A stretch of 64,000 nucleotides of DNA, from assembly GCA_963709345.1 (NCBI GenBank), contig CAVPVX010000007.1, positions 608,001 through 672,000 of the forward strand. Direction: 5' to 3'. This stretch comes from an uncultured Actinomycetes bacterium. GTDB taxonomy: Bacteria; Actinomycetota; Thermoleophilia; UBA2241. Both the position numbers and the translations under genes were made by a program. Below are positions 10,272 through 20,283 of this stretch, piece after piece (the first letter of the stretch is position 1; every line of letters begins with the position of its first letter). The notes beneath the pieces were generated by a model. The model ran no database searches, was not told the DNA's origin, and worked only from the letters and a program-made list of their open reading frames with translations.

Positions 10272-11171
10272 TCACTCCGCGCCGGGGCCGCGCCGGGGCG
10301 CAGCCGGCTGCAGGTCGGTGACGTACCAGGCGCGGGTGGGCGCCAGCGCCGCCCGCGCCGCCAGCGCCGCCTCCTCGCCGGCGAAGATCCCGAAGGCCGC
10401 GGCGCCGCTCCCAGTCATCGCCGCGGCCGCGGCTCCGGCGCCGCGGAGCCGCTCGATGAGCTCGCCCACCTGCGGCTTTCGGGACACCACACTCGCCTCG
10501 AGGTCGTTGGCGACCAGCGCCGCGACGTCGGCGGCCGTCTCCGCCGAGCGAACGGCGCCCGACAGCCCTCGCACTCTGGGCACGAAATCGCGCACGGTCA
10601 CCTCGGCGTCCTCGTCGCGCCAGCGATACACGGCCGCCGTGCTCAGCCCGAGATCGGGGATCGCGACGACGAGGTGCAGCGCCGGGAGCTCCACCGGCTT
10701 GAGGACCTGGCCGCGGCCCATCGCCAGCTGCGGCCCCGGCCAGAGGAAGAACGGCACGTCGCTGCCCACCGCGACGGCGACCTCGTAGCGGACCCTGAGC
10801 GAGAGATCGAGTGCGAAGAGCTGCTCGACGGCGAGGAGGGTAGCGGCCGCATCCGAGCTGCCGCCGCCCAGCCCGGCGCCCGGCGGCACGCGCTTGTCGA
10901 TGGTCACCCGGACCTCGAAGACGCGGTCGAGGCGCGTCTCGAGCTCGCGGACGAGCTTGGCCGCAAGGTTGTCGGCGCCGGGGGCGACGTCGCAGACGAC
11001 GTCCAGCCCGGCGCCCGGCGTGCGCTCGACCGTGACGTGGTCGGCGAGTGTCACCGGCAGCATCAGCGAGGCGATCTCGTGAAAACCGTCCGGCCGCACC
11101 GGCCCCACGAGCAACGCCAGGTTGAGCTTGGCCGGAGCGGCGATCTCGACGTGAGAGGGCCGCTCGGTCAC
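10272..11171 (-). CDS. ispE: 4-diphosphocytidyl-2-C-methyl-D-erythritol kinase
   Basis: APAKLNLAL, GAGLGGGSSDAA, GSDVPFF and MTGSG motifs. Confidence 0.95.
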   Translation of the reverse strand: MTERPSHVEIAAPAKLNLALLVGPVRPDGFHEIASLMLPVTLADHVTVERTPGAGLDVVCDVAPGADNLAAKLVRELETRLDRVFEVRVTIDKRVPPGAGLGGGSSDAAATLLAVEQLFALDLSLRVRYEVAVAVGSDVPFFLWPGPQLAMGRGQVLKPVELPALHLVVAIPDLGLSTAAVYRWRDEDAEVTVRDFVPRVRGLSGAVRSAETAADVAALVANDLEASVVSRKPQVGELIERLRGAGAAAAAMTGSGAAAFGIFAGEEAALAARAALAPTRAWYVTDLQPAAPRRGPGAE

Positions 11172-11238
11172 GACCCAAGACCTCGAAGCGCGCGGCGGCC
11201 GGCCGGCAGGGCCGCGCCCTGATGGGCTTCAGCCGTCG

Positions 11239-12162
11239 TCATGTGCCCGTCCCCGGCCAGCGGAGCTCCCGGGCGAAGACGAGCCACTGCGGCGGCGTGA
11301 GCTCTTCTGGGCGCGCCGCCTCCGAAAGCCCGAGCTCAACCAGCGCGCGGCGCACGTCGTCGCGAGTGAGGGTGACGCCGGCTCGCGCCGCACCGCCGAG
11401 CGAGTTGCCCAGCGTCTTGCGGCGCTGTCCGAAGCCGAGCCGCACGAGCTGCGCGACCGCGACGTACTCCGAGAGGGCCGGGGGGGCTTCGCCGGCCGGA
11501 TCTCCCGCCACGTCGCCCACCGGCGCGACACGCCGCACGAACGTGACGAAGCTCGACTCGACGCGGGGCTTGGGCCGGAAGGCGGTGGCGGGCACCGGCC
11601 TGACCTTCTCGAGCCGGCAGGCGAGCTGCGTGAGTACCGAAACGGCGGCATAGGCTTTGGTCGACGGCCGCGCGAACAGCCGCTCCCCAAGCTCGCGCTG
11701 CACCATGACCGCCCAGCGCCGCACCGACGGCAGGTCGAAGAGACTGGTCATGACGAGCGGGATGGCGATGTTGTAGGCGAGGTTGGCGACCAGCGCAGTC
11801 GGCGGCGGATCGAGCCCGGCGAGGTCCGCCTTGAGCGCGTCGCCGGCGTGCAGCCGCAGCCGCGGGTCGGCGGCGGAGAGCGCCTCGAGCCGCGGCAGCC
11901 AGCGGCGGTCGATCTCGAAGGCGTGCACAAGCCGGGCCCGCTCGAGCAGCGGCCGGGTGAGCATGCCGCCGGCCGCGCCCACCTCGAGGACGACGTCCTC
12001 GGGGCCGACCGCGGCCTGGTCGACGATGGCGCGCAGGACGTTGGCGTCGACCAGGTGGTTCTGGCCGTACCGCTTCATGGCGTGCGGCCGCGGGGGGCGA
12101 CTACGGTCGCCCGCGGCCGGGCCTCCGCCCGGCGCCGCGTGCCTGCGGCCGAAGTCGCTCAT
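11239..12162 (-). CDS. rsmA: 16S rRNA m6,2A dimethyltransferase (true start may be slightly downstream)
   Basis: KRYGQNHL, VLEVG, ANLAYNI, MVQRE, FRPKPRVES and FGQRRKTL motifs. Confidence 0.93.
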   Translation of the reverse strand: MSDFGRRHAAPGGGPAAGDRSRPPRPHAMKRYGQNHLVDANVLRAIVDQAAVGPEDVVLEVGAAGGMLTRPLLERARLVHAFEIDRRWLPRLEALSAADPRLRLHAGDALKADLAGLDPPPTALVANLAYNIAIPLVMTSLFDLPSVRRWAVMVQRELGERLFARPSTKAYAAVSVLTQLACRLEKVRPVPATAFRPKPRVESSFVTFVRRVAPVGDVAGDPAGEAPPALSEYVAVAQLVRLGFGQRRKTLGNSLGGAARAGVTLTRDDVRRALVELGLSEAARPEELTPPQWLVFARELRWPGTGT

Positions 12163-12186
12163 ACCGGCTCGCCGCCGGCGTTCACG

Positions 12187-12951
12187 TCAACCCGCCGCCT
12201 CGAGCCCGAAGACCCGGCGCGCGTTGGCGGTCGTCAGCGCGGCCAGCTCGTCGTGGCCGGCGTGGCGCACCTCGGCGAGCAGCACGGCCGTGTGCGCCAC
12301 CCAGGCGGGCACATTGCTGTTGCCGCGGTGGGGCACAGGCGTGAGGAACGGAGCGTCGGTCTCGACCAGCAGCCGGTCGTCACGCACGCGGGCGGCCGCA
12401 GCGCGGAGGTCGCCGGCGTTCTTGTAGGTCACGTTGCCGGCGAAACTGCAGTAGTACCCGCGCTCGTTGCACTCGTCGACGTGCCGCGGCAGGGAGAAGC
12501 AGTGCATGACGACGGTCAAGCCGGAGGCCTCGTCGGCCAGCTGCGCCATGGCCTCGTCGCCGGCCTCCCGCACGTGGACGACGAGCGGCAGGTCCACGCG
12601 GCGGGCCAGTTCGATCTGGGCGCTGAAGGCGCGTCGTTGCGCGTCGCGCGGCGACAGGTCGCGGTAGAAGTCGAGACCGCACTCACCGACGGCGACGACG
12701 CGGGGCCTGCGCGCGAGTCTCTCCAGTTCGGCGAGCAGCGCGTCGTCGAGCAGGTGGGCCTCGTGCGGGTGCAGCCCGGCGGTCGCGTACACGTCGCCGT
12801 GCGCGGCGGCGAGAGCCGCCGCCGTGCGGGAACTGGCCGCGTCGATACCGATGGTGACGACGGCGGCCAGGCCGGCGGCCCGCGCTTCTTCGAGCGCCCC
12901 CTCGGGGTCGCCGAGCATCTCCAGGTGGCAGTGGGAGTCGACGAGCATCAT
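12187..12951 (-). CDS. tatD: TatD family hydrolase
   Basis: DSHCHL, GLHPH, GECGLDF, HCFS and ETDAP motifs. Confidence 0.93.
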   Translation of the reverse strand: MMLVDSHCHLEMLGDPEGALEEARAAGLAAVVTIGIDAASSRTAAALAAAHGDVYATAGLHPHEAHLLDDALLAELERLARRPRVVAVGECGLDFYRDLSPRDAQRRAFSAQIELARRVDLPLVVHVREAGDEAMAQLADEASGLTVVMHCFSLPRHVDECNERGYYCSFAGNVTYKNAGDLRAAAARVRDDRLLVETDAPFLTPVPHRGNSNVPAWVAHTAVLLAEVRHAGHDELAALTTANARRVFGLEAAG

Positions 12952-12997
12952 ACGAGGTCCGGGCGGCGCGGCGGGCGGCGAAGGCACCGCAGCCGCC

Positions 12998-14527
12998 TCA
13001 GCCGGCGCCCTCGAGCCGCGGGAAGAGCGACGGGCCGGCAACGACCGTCGCGGGCTTGAGCGCCGCCCAGGTGGCATCCGCGAGCGCCGGGTCGGCGCCG
13101 GCCGGCGGCTGCCCCAGACGCCTGAGGATCTCGACCGCCGTGACGGGGATCACGGGGTACACGGCGAAAGCGACCAGGCGCAGGCCGGCGGCAAGGCCGT
13201 TGAGCGCGGCGTCCAGGCGCGCCGCCTGTGCCTCGTCCTTGGCGAGCTTCCACGGCGCCTCTTCCTCGACGAACCGGTTGAGGCGCCGCACGTACTCCCA
13301 TACGACGTCGAGCGCCGCCGTGACGGCGGTGGCCTCGTAGTGCGCGCAGGCGGCGGCCACCATGGCTTCGCCCTCGCGAGCCACGGCAGTCAAAGCCTCA
13401 CCCTCAGGTCCAACCTTAGGGATGACGCCGGCACGGTACTTCCCGATCATGCTGACGCTCCGGCTGACGAGGTTGCCGAGCTCGTTGGCCAGCTCGTTGT
13501 TGTAGCGGGCGCGCAGGCCCTCGAGGCTGACGTCGCCGTCCTGTCCCAGAGTCACTTCGCGCATGAGGTAGTACCTGAGCGGCTCGGCGCCGAGCTCCTC
13601 GATCACGGCGAACGGGTCGAGCACGTTGCCGCGCGTCTTGCTCATCTTCTCGCCGCCGACGAGCAGGTAGCCGTGGATGAGCTCGCCCGCGGGTAGCTCG
13701 TAGCCGGCGCTCATGAGAAGGGCCGGCCAGATCACCGCGTGGAACTTGAGGATGTCCTTGGCCAGGAAGTGGATCGCCGGCCAGTAGCGCGCCGTGAGGT
13801 CCTCACCGGGGCGCGCGTACGTGAGCGCCGAGAGGTAGTTGATGAGCGCGTCGACCCAGACGTAGATGACCTGCTCGTCGTCCCACGGCACCGGCACGCC
13901 CCACGTGATGCTGGAGCGGCTGATGCTGATGTCCTCAAGGCCCTGCTCGATGAAGGAGAGGGCCTCGTTGTAGCGCGACCTGGGCTTGACGAAGCCCGGG
14001 TTCGCGCGGAAGAAGTCGGCCAGGCGGTCCTGGTACTTGCTGAGCAGGAAGTAGTAGTTCTCCTCCTCGAGCCAGACCGGCTTGCTGCCGTGGTCCGGGC
14101 AGAGGCCCTCCGGCGTCAGGTCGCGCTCGTACCAGAAGCCCTCACAGGCGGTGCAGTACAGACCGCCGTACGTGCGCTTCTCGATGTCGCCGGCGGCCTT
14201 GAGCTTTTCGACAAAGCCCTGCACGAACGCCTCGTGCTCCGGGTCGGTGGTGCGGATGAAGAAGTCGTTGGAGGCGCCGACGGCCGCGGCGAGCGCGCGG
14301 TACCTCGGCGCCAGTTCGTCCACGTGCTGCTGCGGCGTGAGGCCGCGCTCCTCGGCCGCCTGGGCGACCTTGGTGCCATGCTCGTCGGTGCCGGTGAGGA
14401 AGAAGACGTCCTCGCCCTTCTGGCGGTGGTACCGCGCCAGCACGTCGGCGGCGATCGTCGTGTAGGCGTGGCCGTGATGCGGCTCGCCGTTGACGTAGTA
14501 GATGGGCGTGGTGATGTAGGTGCTCAT
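12998..14527 (-). CDS. metG: Methionyl-tRNA synthetase, short form without the C-terminal tRNA-binding domain
   Basis: ITTPIYYVN, HHGH (HIGH variant), GTDEHG, YVWVDAL and KMSKT motifs. Confidence 0.96.
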   Translation of the reverse strand: MSTYITTPIYYVNGEPHHGHAYTTIAADVLARYHRQKGEDVFFLTGTDEHGTKVAQAAEERGLTPQQHVDELAPRYRALAAAVGASNDFFIRTTDPEHEAFVQGFVEKLKAAGDIEKRTYGGLYCTACEGFWYERDLTPEGLCPDHGSKPVWLEEENYYFLLSKYQDRLADFFRANPGFVKPRSRYNEALSFIEQGLEDISISRSSITWGVPVPWDDEQVIYVWVDALINYLSALTYARPGEDLTARYWPAIHFLAKDILKFHAVIWPALLMSAGYELPAGELIHGYLLVGGEKMSKTRGNVLDPFAVIEELGAEPLRYYLMREVTLGQDGDVSLEGLRARYNNELANELGNLVSRSVSMIGKYRAGVIPKVGPEGEALTAVAREGEAMVAAACAHYEATAVTAALDVVWEYVRRLNRFVEEEAPWKLAKDEAQAARLDAALNGLAAGLRLVAFAVYPVIPVTAVEILRRLGQPPAGADPALADATWAALKPATVVAGPSLFPRLEGAG

Positions 14528-14575
14528 GGAGGCTAGTCTATCGCAGGCTCCGGGCGAACGGAGCCTGCGGCCGGT

Positions 14576-15151
14576 TCAGGCGCGGCGCCCGGCCGCCTTC
14601 GCCGCCGCGCCGTACGTCCCGATGCGCTCGCCCAGCGACCAGTACTCGCCCTCGACGTACGCGATCGGCTCGAGGGCGCCGGTCTTGACGCGGCCCTTGG
14701 CGTCGAGCACCTCCTCGTCGTACTGCACCGCCACGATCTCCGCCAGGTACAGATCGTGTGCGCCGAGGTCGAGCTGGTGACGCACGACGCACTCGATGTT
14801 GATCGGGCACTCCTCGATGAGCGGCGCGGCGACCTGCTTCGCCGGCCGCGCCGTGAGACCGAGCTCGGCGAACTTGTCGTGCTCGGCGCCGGACCAGACG
14901 CCGGCGAGGTCGACCTGCTCCAGCTGCCCGGCGCGCGGGATGTTGACGACGAACTCGCGCGCCGCGTCGACCAGACGATGTGAGTGGCGCGACGGTCGGA
15001 TGGCGACGCTCAGCATCGGCGGCTCCGAGCAGACGGTGCCCGCCCAGGCCAGCGTGATGATGTTGTCCTTCTCCTTGCCGTGCCCGGCGACGCTGAGCAG
15101 CACCACCGGTGCCGGCAGCAGCGCCGTCGACGGCTTGCGTTCGATCTTCAC
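14576..15151 (-). CDS. Flavin reductase-like (flavoredoxin family) protein
   Basis: PAPVVL, NIITLAW, EFVVNIP, ECPINIEC and GAHDL motifs; GTG start after GGAGG. Confidence 0.85.
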   Translation of the reverse strand: MKIERKPSTALLPAPVVLLSVAGHGKEKDNIITLAWAGTVCSEPPMLSVAIRPSRHSHRLVDAAREFVVNIPRAGQLEQVDLAGVWSGAEHDKFAELGLTARPAKQVAAPLIEECPINIECVVRHQLDLGAHDLYLAEIVAVQYDEEVLDAKGRVKTGALEPIAYVEGEYWSLGERIGTYGAAAKAAGRRA

Positions 15152-15270
15152 TGAAAGCCTCCTCCGCCGTGCGGTGTGGACGCTCGCTATCGTATCGCAG
15201 GATGAAAATCGCAGAATCACTGGCGTATCGGTGACGGCATTCGTACAATGGCCCGGTCGAAAGGAGCGTC

Positions 15271-15744
15271 ATGCGCAGGCAATCGCTGGACAAGACCGAC
15301 ATCGCCATAATCGGCCACCTGCAGGTCGACGGTCGCCGGGCCTTCACCACCATCGCCAAGGACCTCGGCATCTCCGAGGCGAGCGTGCGCCAGCGGGTCG
15401 CCCGGCTTCTGCGCACCAACGCGATGCAGATCGTCGCCGTCAGCAGCCCTCTCGACCTCGGGCTCATGTGGGCGCAGGTGCACCTGCGCGTCGCGGGCGA
15501 CCGCATCGAGGCCGTGGCCGAAGCGGTCGCCGAACTCCCGCAGGTCGACTACGTGAGCGTCTGCGCCGGCGACGTCGACGTCATCGTCGGCGTCGTCGCC
15601 CGCGACCGGGACGAACTGCACGACGTGCTCGTGAACCACATCCGCACCATCCCCGGCATCGAGCAGGCCGACTTCCTGCTGCACCTCAAGATCCTCAAGG
15701 ACAACTACGAGTGGTCGCCGGGCGAGGCTCCGGCGACAGCCTAG
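15271..15744 (+). CDS. Lrp/AsnC family transcriptional regulator
   Basis: LDKTDIAIIGHLQVDGRR helix-turn-helix plus C-terminal RAM domain. Confidence 0.92.
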   Translation: MRRQSLDKTDIAIIGHLQVDGRRAFTTIAKDLGISEASVRQRVARLLRTNAMQIVAVSSPLDLGLMWAQVHLRVAGDRIEAVAEAVAELPQVDYVSVCAGDVDVIVGVVARDRDELHDVLVNHIRTIPGIEQADFLLHLKILKDNYEWSPGEAPATA

Positions 15745-15757
15745 GGAGGCGAGAGCC

Positions 15758-17143
15758 ATGGGCGACCAGACACGCCCGAACGTGCACACTCCACCGCCGG
15801 GACCGAGGAGCCAGGCGCTGATGAAGCGCGGCGACGAGATCCTGCTCGGCGTGTCGCTCATCGGCGGCTGGCCGCCGAGCCACTTCGTCAGCAGGTACCG
15901 CGACGGCTGGTTCGTCGAGGACGTCGACGGCAACCGCTACATCGACTGGATCAACGGCTGGGCCAGCGCGCCGCTCGGGGGCAACCACCCCGAGTTGGTC
16001 GAGGCCGCCTGCCAGGGCCTCAAGGACTACGGCACCGAGTGCCTCTCGGCCCTGCGCGTGGAGCACCAGTGGCTGCTCGCCGAGAAGCTCCACGAGCTCG
16101 CCCCGGCGCCGCTCACCAAAGTCGTGTACGACACCACCGGCAGCGAAGTGGTGGAGAACGCCGTGCGCATCATGCGTGAGGCCGCCGGCCCTGCTCGCCC
16201 CTTCGTCATCACCTTCCTGGGCAGCTTCCACGGCGGCAACTACGGCACCGGCGCCATGGGCCCGCACAACGCCCACTACAATCACGCCATCGAGCCGTTC
16301 ATGAGCGGCTGGATCAACGTGCCCTTCCCCACCTGCTACCGCTGCCCGTACCACCTCGAGCACCCGGCCTGCAAACTCGCCTGCCTCGACTACATCGAGG
16401 AGATGATCCTCAAGTACAAGGCGACGCCCGACAGCATCGCGGGCGTCAACGTCGAGTTCATCCAGGGCGAGAACGGCGTGCAGATCCCGCCGCCCGAGTG
16501 GCCCAAGGCGCTCTCCGACCTGTGCAGGAAGTACGGCTGGATCCTCTACAACGACGAGGTCCAGGAGGGCGTCGGCCGTACCGGCAAGTGGTTCGCGATC
16601 GAGCACTGGCCCGGCGTCGAGGCCGAGCTGCTCAGCCTGGGCAAGGGCATCAGCGGCGGGCTCATGCCGCTCGCCTGCACGCTCGGCAGCGACCGCATGA
16701 GCGAGCCGGCCGGCGAGTTGTACACAGGCGGGACGTTCGCCGGCAATCCCGCCGCCTGCCTCATGGCGACCAAGCTGCTCGAGATCATCGAGCGCGACAA
16801 GGTGCTCGACAACGTCGCCGAACTCGAGAAGGTCGCCAAGGCCAAGTTCGGCGCGATGAGGGAGAAGTACGAGATCGTCGGCGACGTGCGCGTGATCGGC
16901 GCCTACATGTGCGTCGAGTTCGTCGAGGACAAGGACACGAAGGAGCCGGCGCACGACCTCACCCGCGAGATCGTCTACGCCATGGAGCGCAAGGGCGTGG
17001 TGCCGATCTACGAGCCGGCGTTCAACTACTTCCGTCCGACGCCGGCGCTCAACCAGCCGCCCGAGCTGTTCGCGCTCGGCTGCGACATCGTGGAAGAATG
17101 CGTGGCGGAAGTGAGCAAAGCGCACGCCAAGGGCGTGGCGTAA
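15758..17143 (+). CDS. Class III PLP aminotransferase (GabT/PatA-like)
   Basis: DVDGNRYID, TTGSEVVENA, EFIQGENG, DEVQEGVGRTG and the PLP lysine in LGKGISGG. Confidence 0.9.
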   Translation: MGDQTRPNVHTPPPGPRSQALMKRGDEILLGVSLIGGWPPSHFVSRYRDGWFVEDVDGNRYIDWINGWASAPLGGNHPELVEAACQGLKDYGTECLSALRVEHQWLLAEKLHELAPAPLTKVVYDTTGSEVVENAVRIMREAAGPARPFVITFLGSFHGGNYGTGAMGPHNAHYNHAIEPFMSGWINVPFPTCYRCPYHLEHPACKLACLDYIEEMILKYKATPDSIAGVNVEFIQGENGVQIPPPEWPKALSDLCRKYGWILYNDEVQEGVGRTGKWFAIEHWPGVEAELLSLGKGISGGLMPLACTLGSDRMSEPAGELYTGGTFAGNPAACLMATKLLEIIERDKVLDNVAELEKVAKAKFGAMREKYEIVGDVRVIGAYMCVEFVEDKDTKEPAHDLTREIVYAMERKGVVPIYEPAFNYFRPTPALNQPPELFALGCDIVEECVAEVSKAHAKGVA

Positions 17144-17162
17144 CGCCGGAGGAGAGGAACCG

Positions 17163-18122
17163 ATGACCAGCGAGGAGATGCCGTTCAGCGGCATTGCAAC
17201 CTTCTTCAAGGCCACGCATGTGGCGGCGCCTTCGACGGCTGAGGCCGATGTCGCCGTCATCGGCATCCCCTGGGACCTTGGTACGACCTATCGATCGGGC
17301 GCGCGCATGGGCCCGCGCGCCCTGCGCGAGGCCTCCTCGCTCTGGGGCTTCCAGCGCGACCGGGAGCCTCTTCTGGACGGTGACGCCGGCGTGGAACTGC
17401 TCGGCGGCGTTCGCTGGGCCGACTGCGGCGACGTCGTGATCGGTCCCATGTGGTCGCCGGAGCGCTTCCACAACGCAGTCGTCGAGCGGCTCCTGCCCAT
17501 CATGCGGGAGGGGCTCTTCCCCGTCATACTCGGTGGTGACCACTCGATCACGTACCCTGCGCTCAAGGCAGTGTCGCAGTCTCGTGACGGCGCTCCCTTC
17601 CAGCTCGTCCAGTTCGACACTCATATGGACTATTGGGAAGAGGAGGGTGGCCATCGATTCTCGCACGCGAGTCCGATCATCCGCTCGCACGAGGCCGGCT
17701 GGCTCGCCGGGCTGACGCAGTACGGCATCCGCAACCTCCACACGACCGACGACAACATCGCCTTGGCCAGAAGCCGCGGAGCGCACATCTTCTGGTGCGA
17801 ACAGGCGAAGGACATGCGCGTCGACGAGCTCGTCGAGCATCTCCCCGTGGGCGGCGACGTCTACATCACGTTCGACATCGACGCCCTCGATCCATCGATC
17901 GCGCCGGCCACCGGAACGCCCGAGCCTGGCGGCTTCAGCTACTACGAAGCCAAGGCGATCCTGCTCGCCGTCTGCGCGCGCTGCAACGTGATCGGCCTGG
18001 ACCTCGTCGAGGTGGCGCCGATGTACGACGGTCCCGGCCAGGTCACGTCGCTGCACGGCGCCCGGCTGATCCTCGACACGGTGGGCGCCGTCTTTCGCCG
18101 ACGCGCCGAGCTGCGCCGGTAG
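17163..18122 (+). CDS. speB: Agmatinase / ureohydrolase family protein
   Basis: GARMGP, GGDHS, DTHMD, DIDALDP, TGTPEPGG and DLVEVAP motifs. Confidence 0.82.
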   Translation: MTSEEMPFSGIATFFKATHVAAPSTAEADVAVIGIPWDLGTTYRSGARMGPRALREASSLWGFQRDREPLLDGDAGVELLGGVRWADCGDVVIGPMWSPERFHNAVVERLLPIMREGLFPVILGGDHSITYPALKAVSQSRDGAPFQLVQFDTHMDYWEEEGGHRFSHASPIIRSHEAGWLAGLTQYGIRNLHTTDDNIALARSRGAHIFWCEQAKDMRVDELVEHLPVGGDVYITFDIDALDPSIAPATGTPEPGGFSYYEAKAILLAVCARCNVIGLDLVEVAPMYDGPGQVTSLHGARLILDTVGAVFRRRAELRR

Positions 18123-18361
18123 GGAACTCCTCGTCGGCCGCGCCGCCGGCCCCGGCAGCGCCGATCGTCGTGCGACGCAAGAGGGTCAAGCTGGCGCAAC
18201 GGCAGCCGGCGACGCTTTCGGGCAGCGACCAGGGCAAGATCAGCCGTCTGGCGCGCCGGCTCGAATCCAACGCTCCAGACGATCGGCACTCTCGCCCATG
18301 CGCTGGGCATCGAGGTGTACCTGAGGCCGTGTGGGATCGCGCGGCGAGCAGCTGAGCCGGA

Positions 18362-19816
18362 TCAGTCCGGCAGCAGCACGCTGAACGTCGAGCCCTCGCC
18401 TTCCACGCTGCGTACCTCGAAGCGGCCGCCGACGCGCTCGACGAGGCGCTTGACGATCGAGAGTCCGAGACCATTGCCCTCGAGCTCCCGCGTCTCGGCG
18501 CGCTTCTCGCGAAAGAACTCCTCGAAGAGGCGCGCCAGGTTGTCCGGCTTGATGCCGATGCCGGTGTCGACGACATCGAGACGCAGCCAGCCGTCGTCGA
18601 CGGCGCCGCGGATCGTCACAGCCCCGTCGTCACGATTGTACTTGACGGCGTTGCCGACGAGGTTGCTGAGGAGGAGCTGCAGATCGTCGGCCCGGATCAG
18701 TGCCGGGGGCAGGTCGGCGGCCAGTTCGGTCGTGACCGTCACGCCTCTCTGGGCGCCGCGCTCGCGAGCGAGCTCCACGACCTCCTCCAGGACGGGAGCG
18801 ACCGGGACGAGTTCGGGCTCCTCGCCCTCCGGGGCCTGCTCGCTTCGCGCCAGGGTGAGCAGGTCGCGGATGAGCTCGACCAGATTGTCGATGCGGTGAT
18901 CGGCGCGCGCGACCATCGGGAGGTAGGGATCGAGGTCCTCGCCCAGGCTCTTGTCGGTCACGACCTCGAGCAATCCCTTGATCGATCCGAGTGGGCTCTT
19001 GAGCTCGTGCACCATGGTGCGGATGAAGCGCTGCTTCTCCATCGCGAGGCGCCGGACTTCGCTGATGTCGCTGAGCGTCACGATGCGGCCGCGCGCCGCG
19101 CCGTTTTCGTCGCGGAAGGTGACGATGCTCGCCATCCACGCCTGCTCGCCGATCTCGAGCTGGCGCACGGTGCGGTCTTTCGCCGGCGCCTCAAGGTGCT
19201 CGCAGAGCGGCGCCAGGGCGCCGCCGCCAAGCAGTTCCCGCGCCGGCCGCATGAGCACCTCGTCGTCGCTCGACTCGAGCAGCTCCAGCATCGGCGGGTT
19301 GGCGAGCACGACGTCGCCGTCGCGGTTGACCACGAGCACCGCGTCGCGCAGCGAACTCACCAGGGAGTGCGTCTGCGTCTTCTCCTCGGCCAGAGCGAGC
19401 AGGCTGGCCTCGTGCTCGACGCGCAGGCGCTCCGCGTCGGCGCGCGCCTGCTTGTGCCGCAGCAACGTCGCCACGACTCCGAGAAGGTCGTCTGGGTTGA
19501 ACGGCTTGGGCAGGAAGAAGTCCACACCCTGCCGCGTCGCCGCGATCGCCGTGTCGATGTTCGCGTACGCGGTGATCATGCAGATCATGGCGTCGCAGCC
19601 GCGCTGCTTCATCGTCTGCAGCAGGCTGAGGCCGTCGGTGTCCGGCAGACGGTAGTCGAGCAGCGCGACATCGTAGTCGCGTTCCTCCAGACGCGCAAGC
19701 GCGCCGGCGCCGTCTTCGGCCTCGCCGACCTCGTACCCCTCCATCTCGAGGATGACGCGGATGCCGCTGCGCACGCCGTACTCATCGTCGACGATGAGGA
19801 TGCTGCCTTCGGGCAT
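18362..19816 (-). CDS. Hybrid signalling protein: REC - PAS - histidine kinase
   Basis: ILIVDDE / LLDYRLPD receiver; VLVVNRDG PAS; HELKSPL H-box; NAVKY, DTGIG and GLGL boxes. Confidence 0.92.
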   Translation of the reverse strand: MPEGSILIVDDEYGVRSGIRVILEMEGYEVGEAEDGAGALARLEERDYDVALLDYRLPDTDGLSLLQTMKQRGCDAMICMITAYANIDTAIAATRQGVDFFLPKPFNPDDLLGVVATLLRHKQARADAERLRVEHEASLLALAEEKTQTHSLVSSLRDAVLVVNRDGDVVLANPPMLELLESSDDEVLMRPARELLGGGALAPLCEHLEAPAKDRTVRQLEIGEQAWMASIVTFRDENGAARGRIVTLSDISEVRRLAMEKQRFIRTMVHELKSPLGSIKGLLEVVTDKSLGEDLDPYLPMVARADHRIDNLVELIRDLLTLARSEQAPEGEEPELVPVAPVLEEVVELARERGAQRGVTVTTELAADLPPALIRADDLQLLLSNLVGNAVKYNRDDGAVTIRGAVDDGWLRLDVVDTGIGIKPDNLARLFEEFFREKRAETRELEGNGLGLSIVKRLVERVGGRFEVRSVEGEGSTFSVLLPD

Positions 19817-19845
19817 CGTGATCCCTTCTCTCGTCGTCCCGGCCC

Positions 19846-20280
19846 TCAGGCCTTGGCGGGGTCGCTGGTCGGGTCAGCCTCGCCGAGGACCGCCAGCTCT
19901 TCGATGATCGTGAGCACCTGCTTGCCGGTCACCGGCTTGTCCAGAAAACGTGTGAGGCCCGACCACTCGCGCAGGCCGGCCGCCTCACCGTCGAATCGTG
20001 TCCCCGTCTCGGCCGCCACCCCGCTGAGCATGACTCGCGGGATATGGCGGAGCCGCGCGTCCTTGCCGATCTGGTAGCCCAGCCGGAAGCCATCGTCCAC
20101 CTTCTCCATCATGAGGTCGAGGAAGATGATGCTCGGGGTCTCGTCCTCGAGCAGCGCGAGCGCAGCCTCCGGCGACTCCGCCGTGAGGACCCGATAGCCT
20201 CGGGCCTCGAGGTAGACCTTCTTGCCGTTCAGGAAGTCCCGGTCGTCGTCGACGAAGAGGACGGTCATGGCTTCAGTCAT
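19846..20280 (-). CDS. Single-domain response regulator
   Basis: LFVDDD, FLDLMM and FLDKP motifs; no output domain. Confidence 0.9.
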   Translation of the reverse strand: MTEAMTVLFVDDDRDFLNGKKVYLEARGYRVLTAESPEAALALLEDETPSIIFLDLMMEKVDDGFRLGYQIGKDARLRHIPRVMLSGVAAETGTRFDGEAAGLREWSGLTRFLDKPVTGKQVLTIIEELAVLGEADPTSDPAKA

Positions 20281-20283
20281 GGC

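Noticed and set aside
18123-18361. Gap between speB and the hybrid kinase
   Set aside because: No credible ORF, repeat or RNA motif was recognised.
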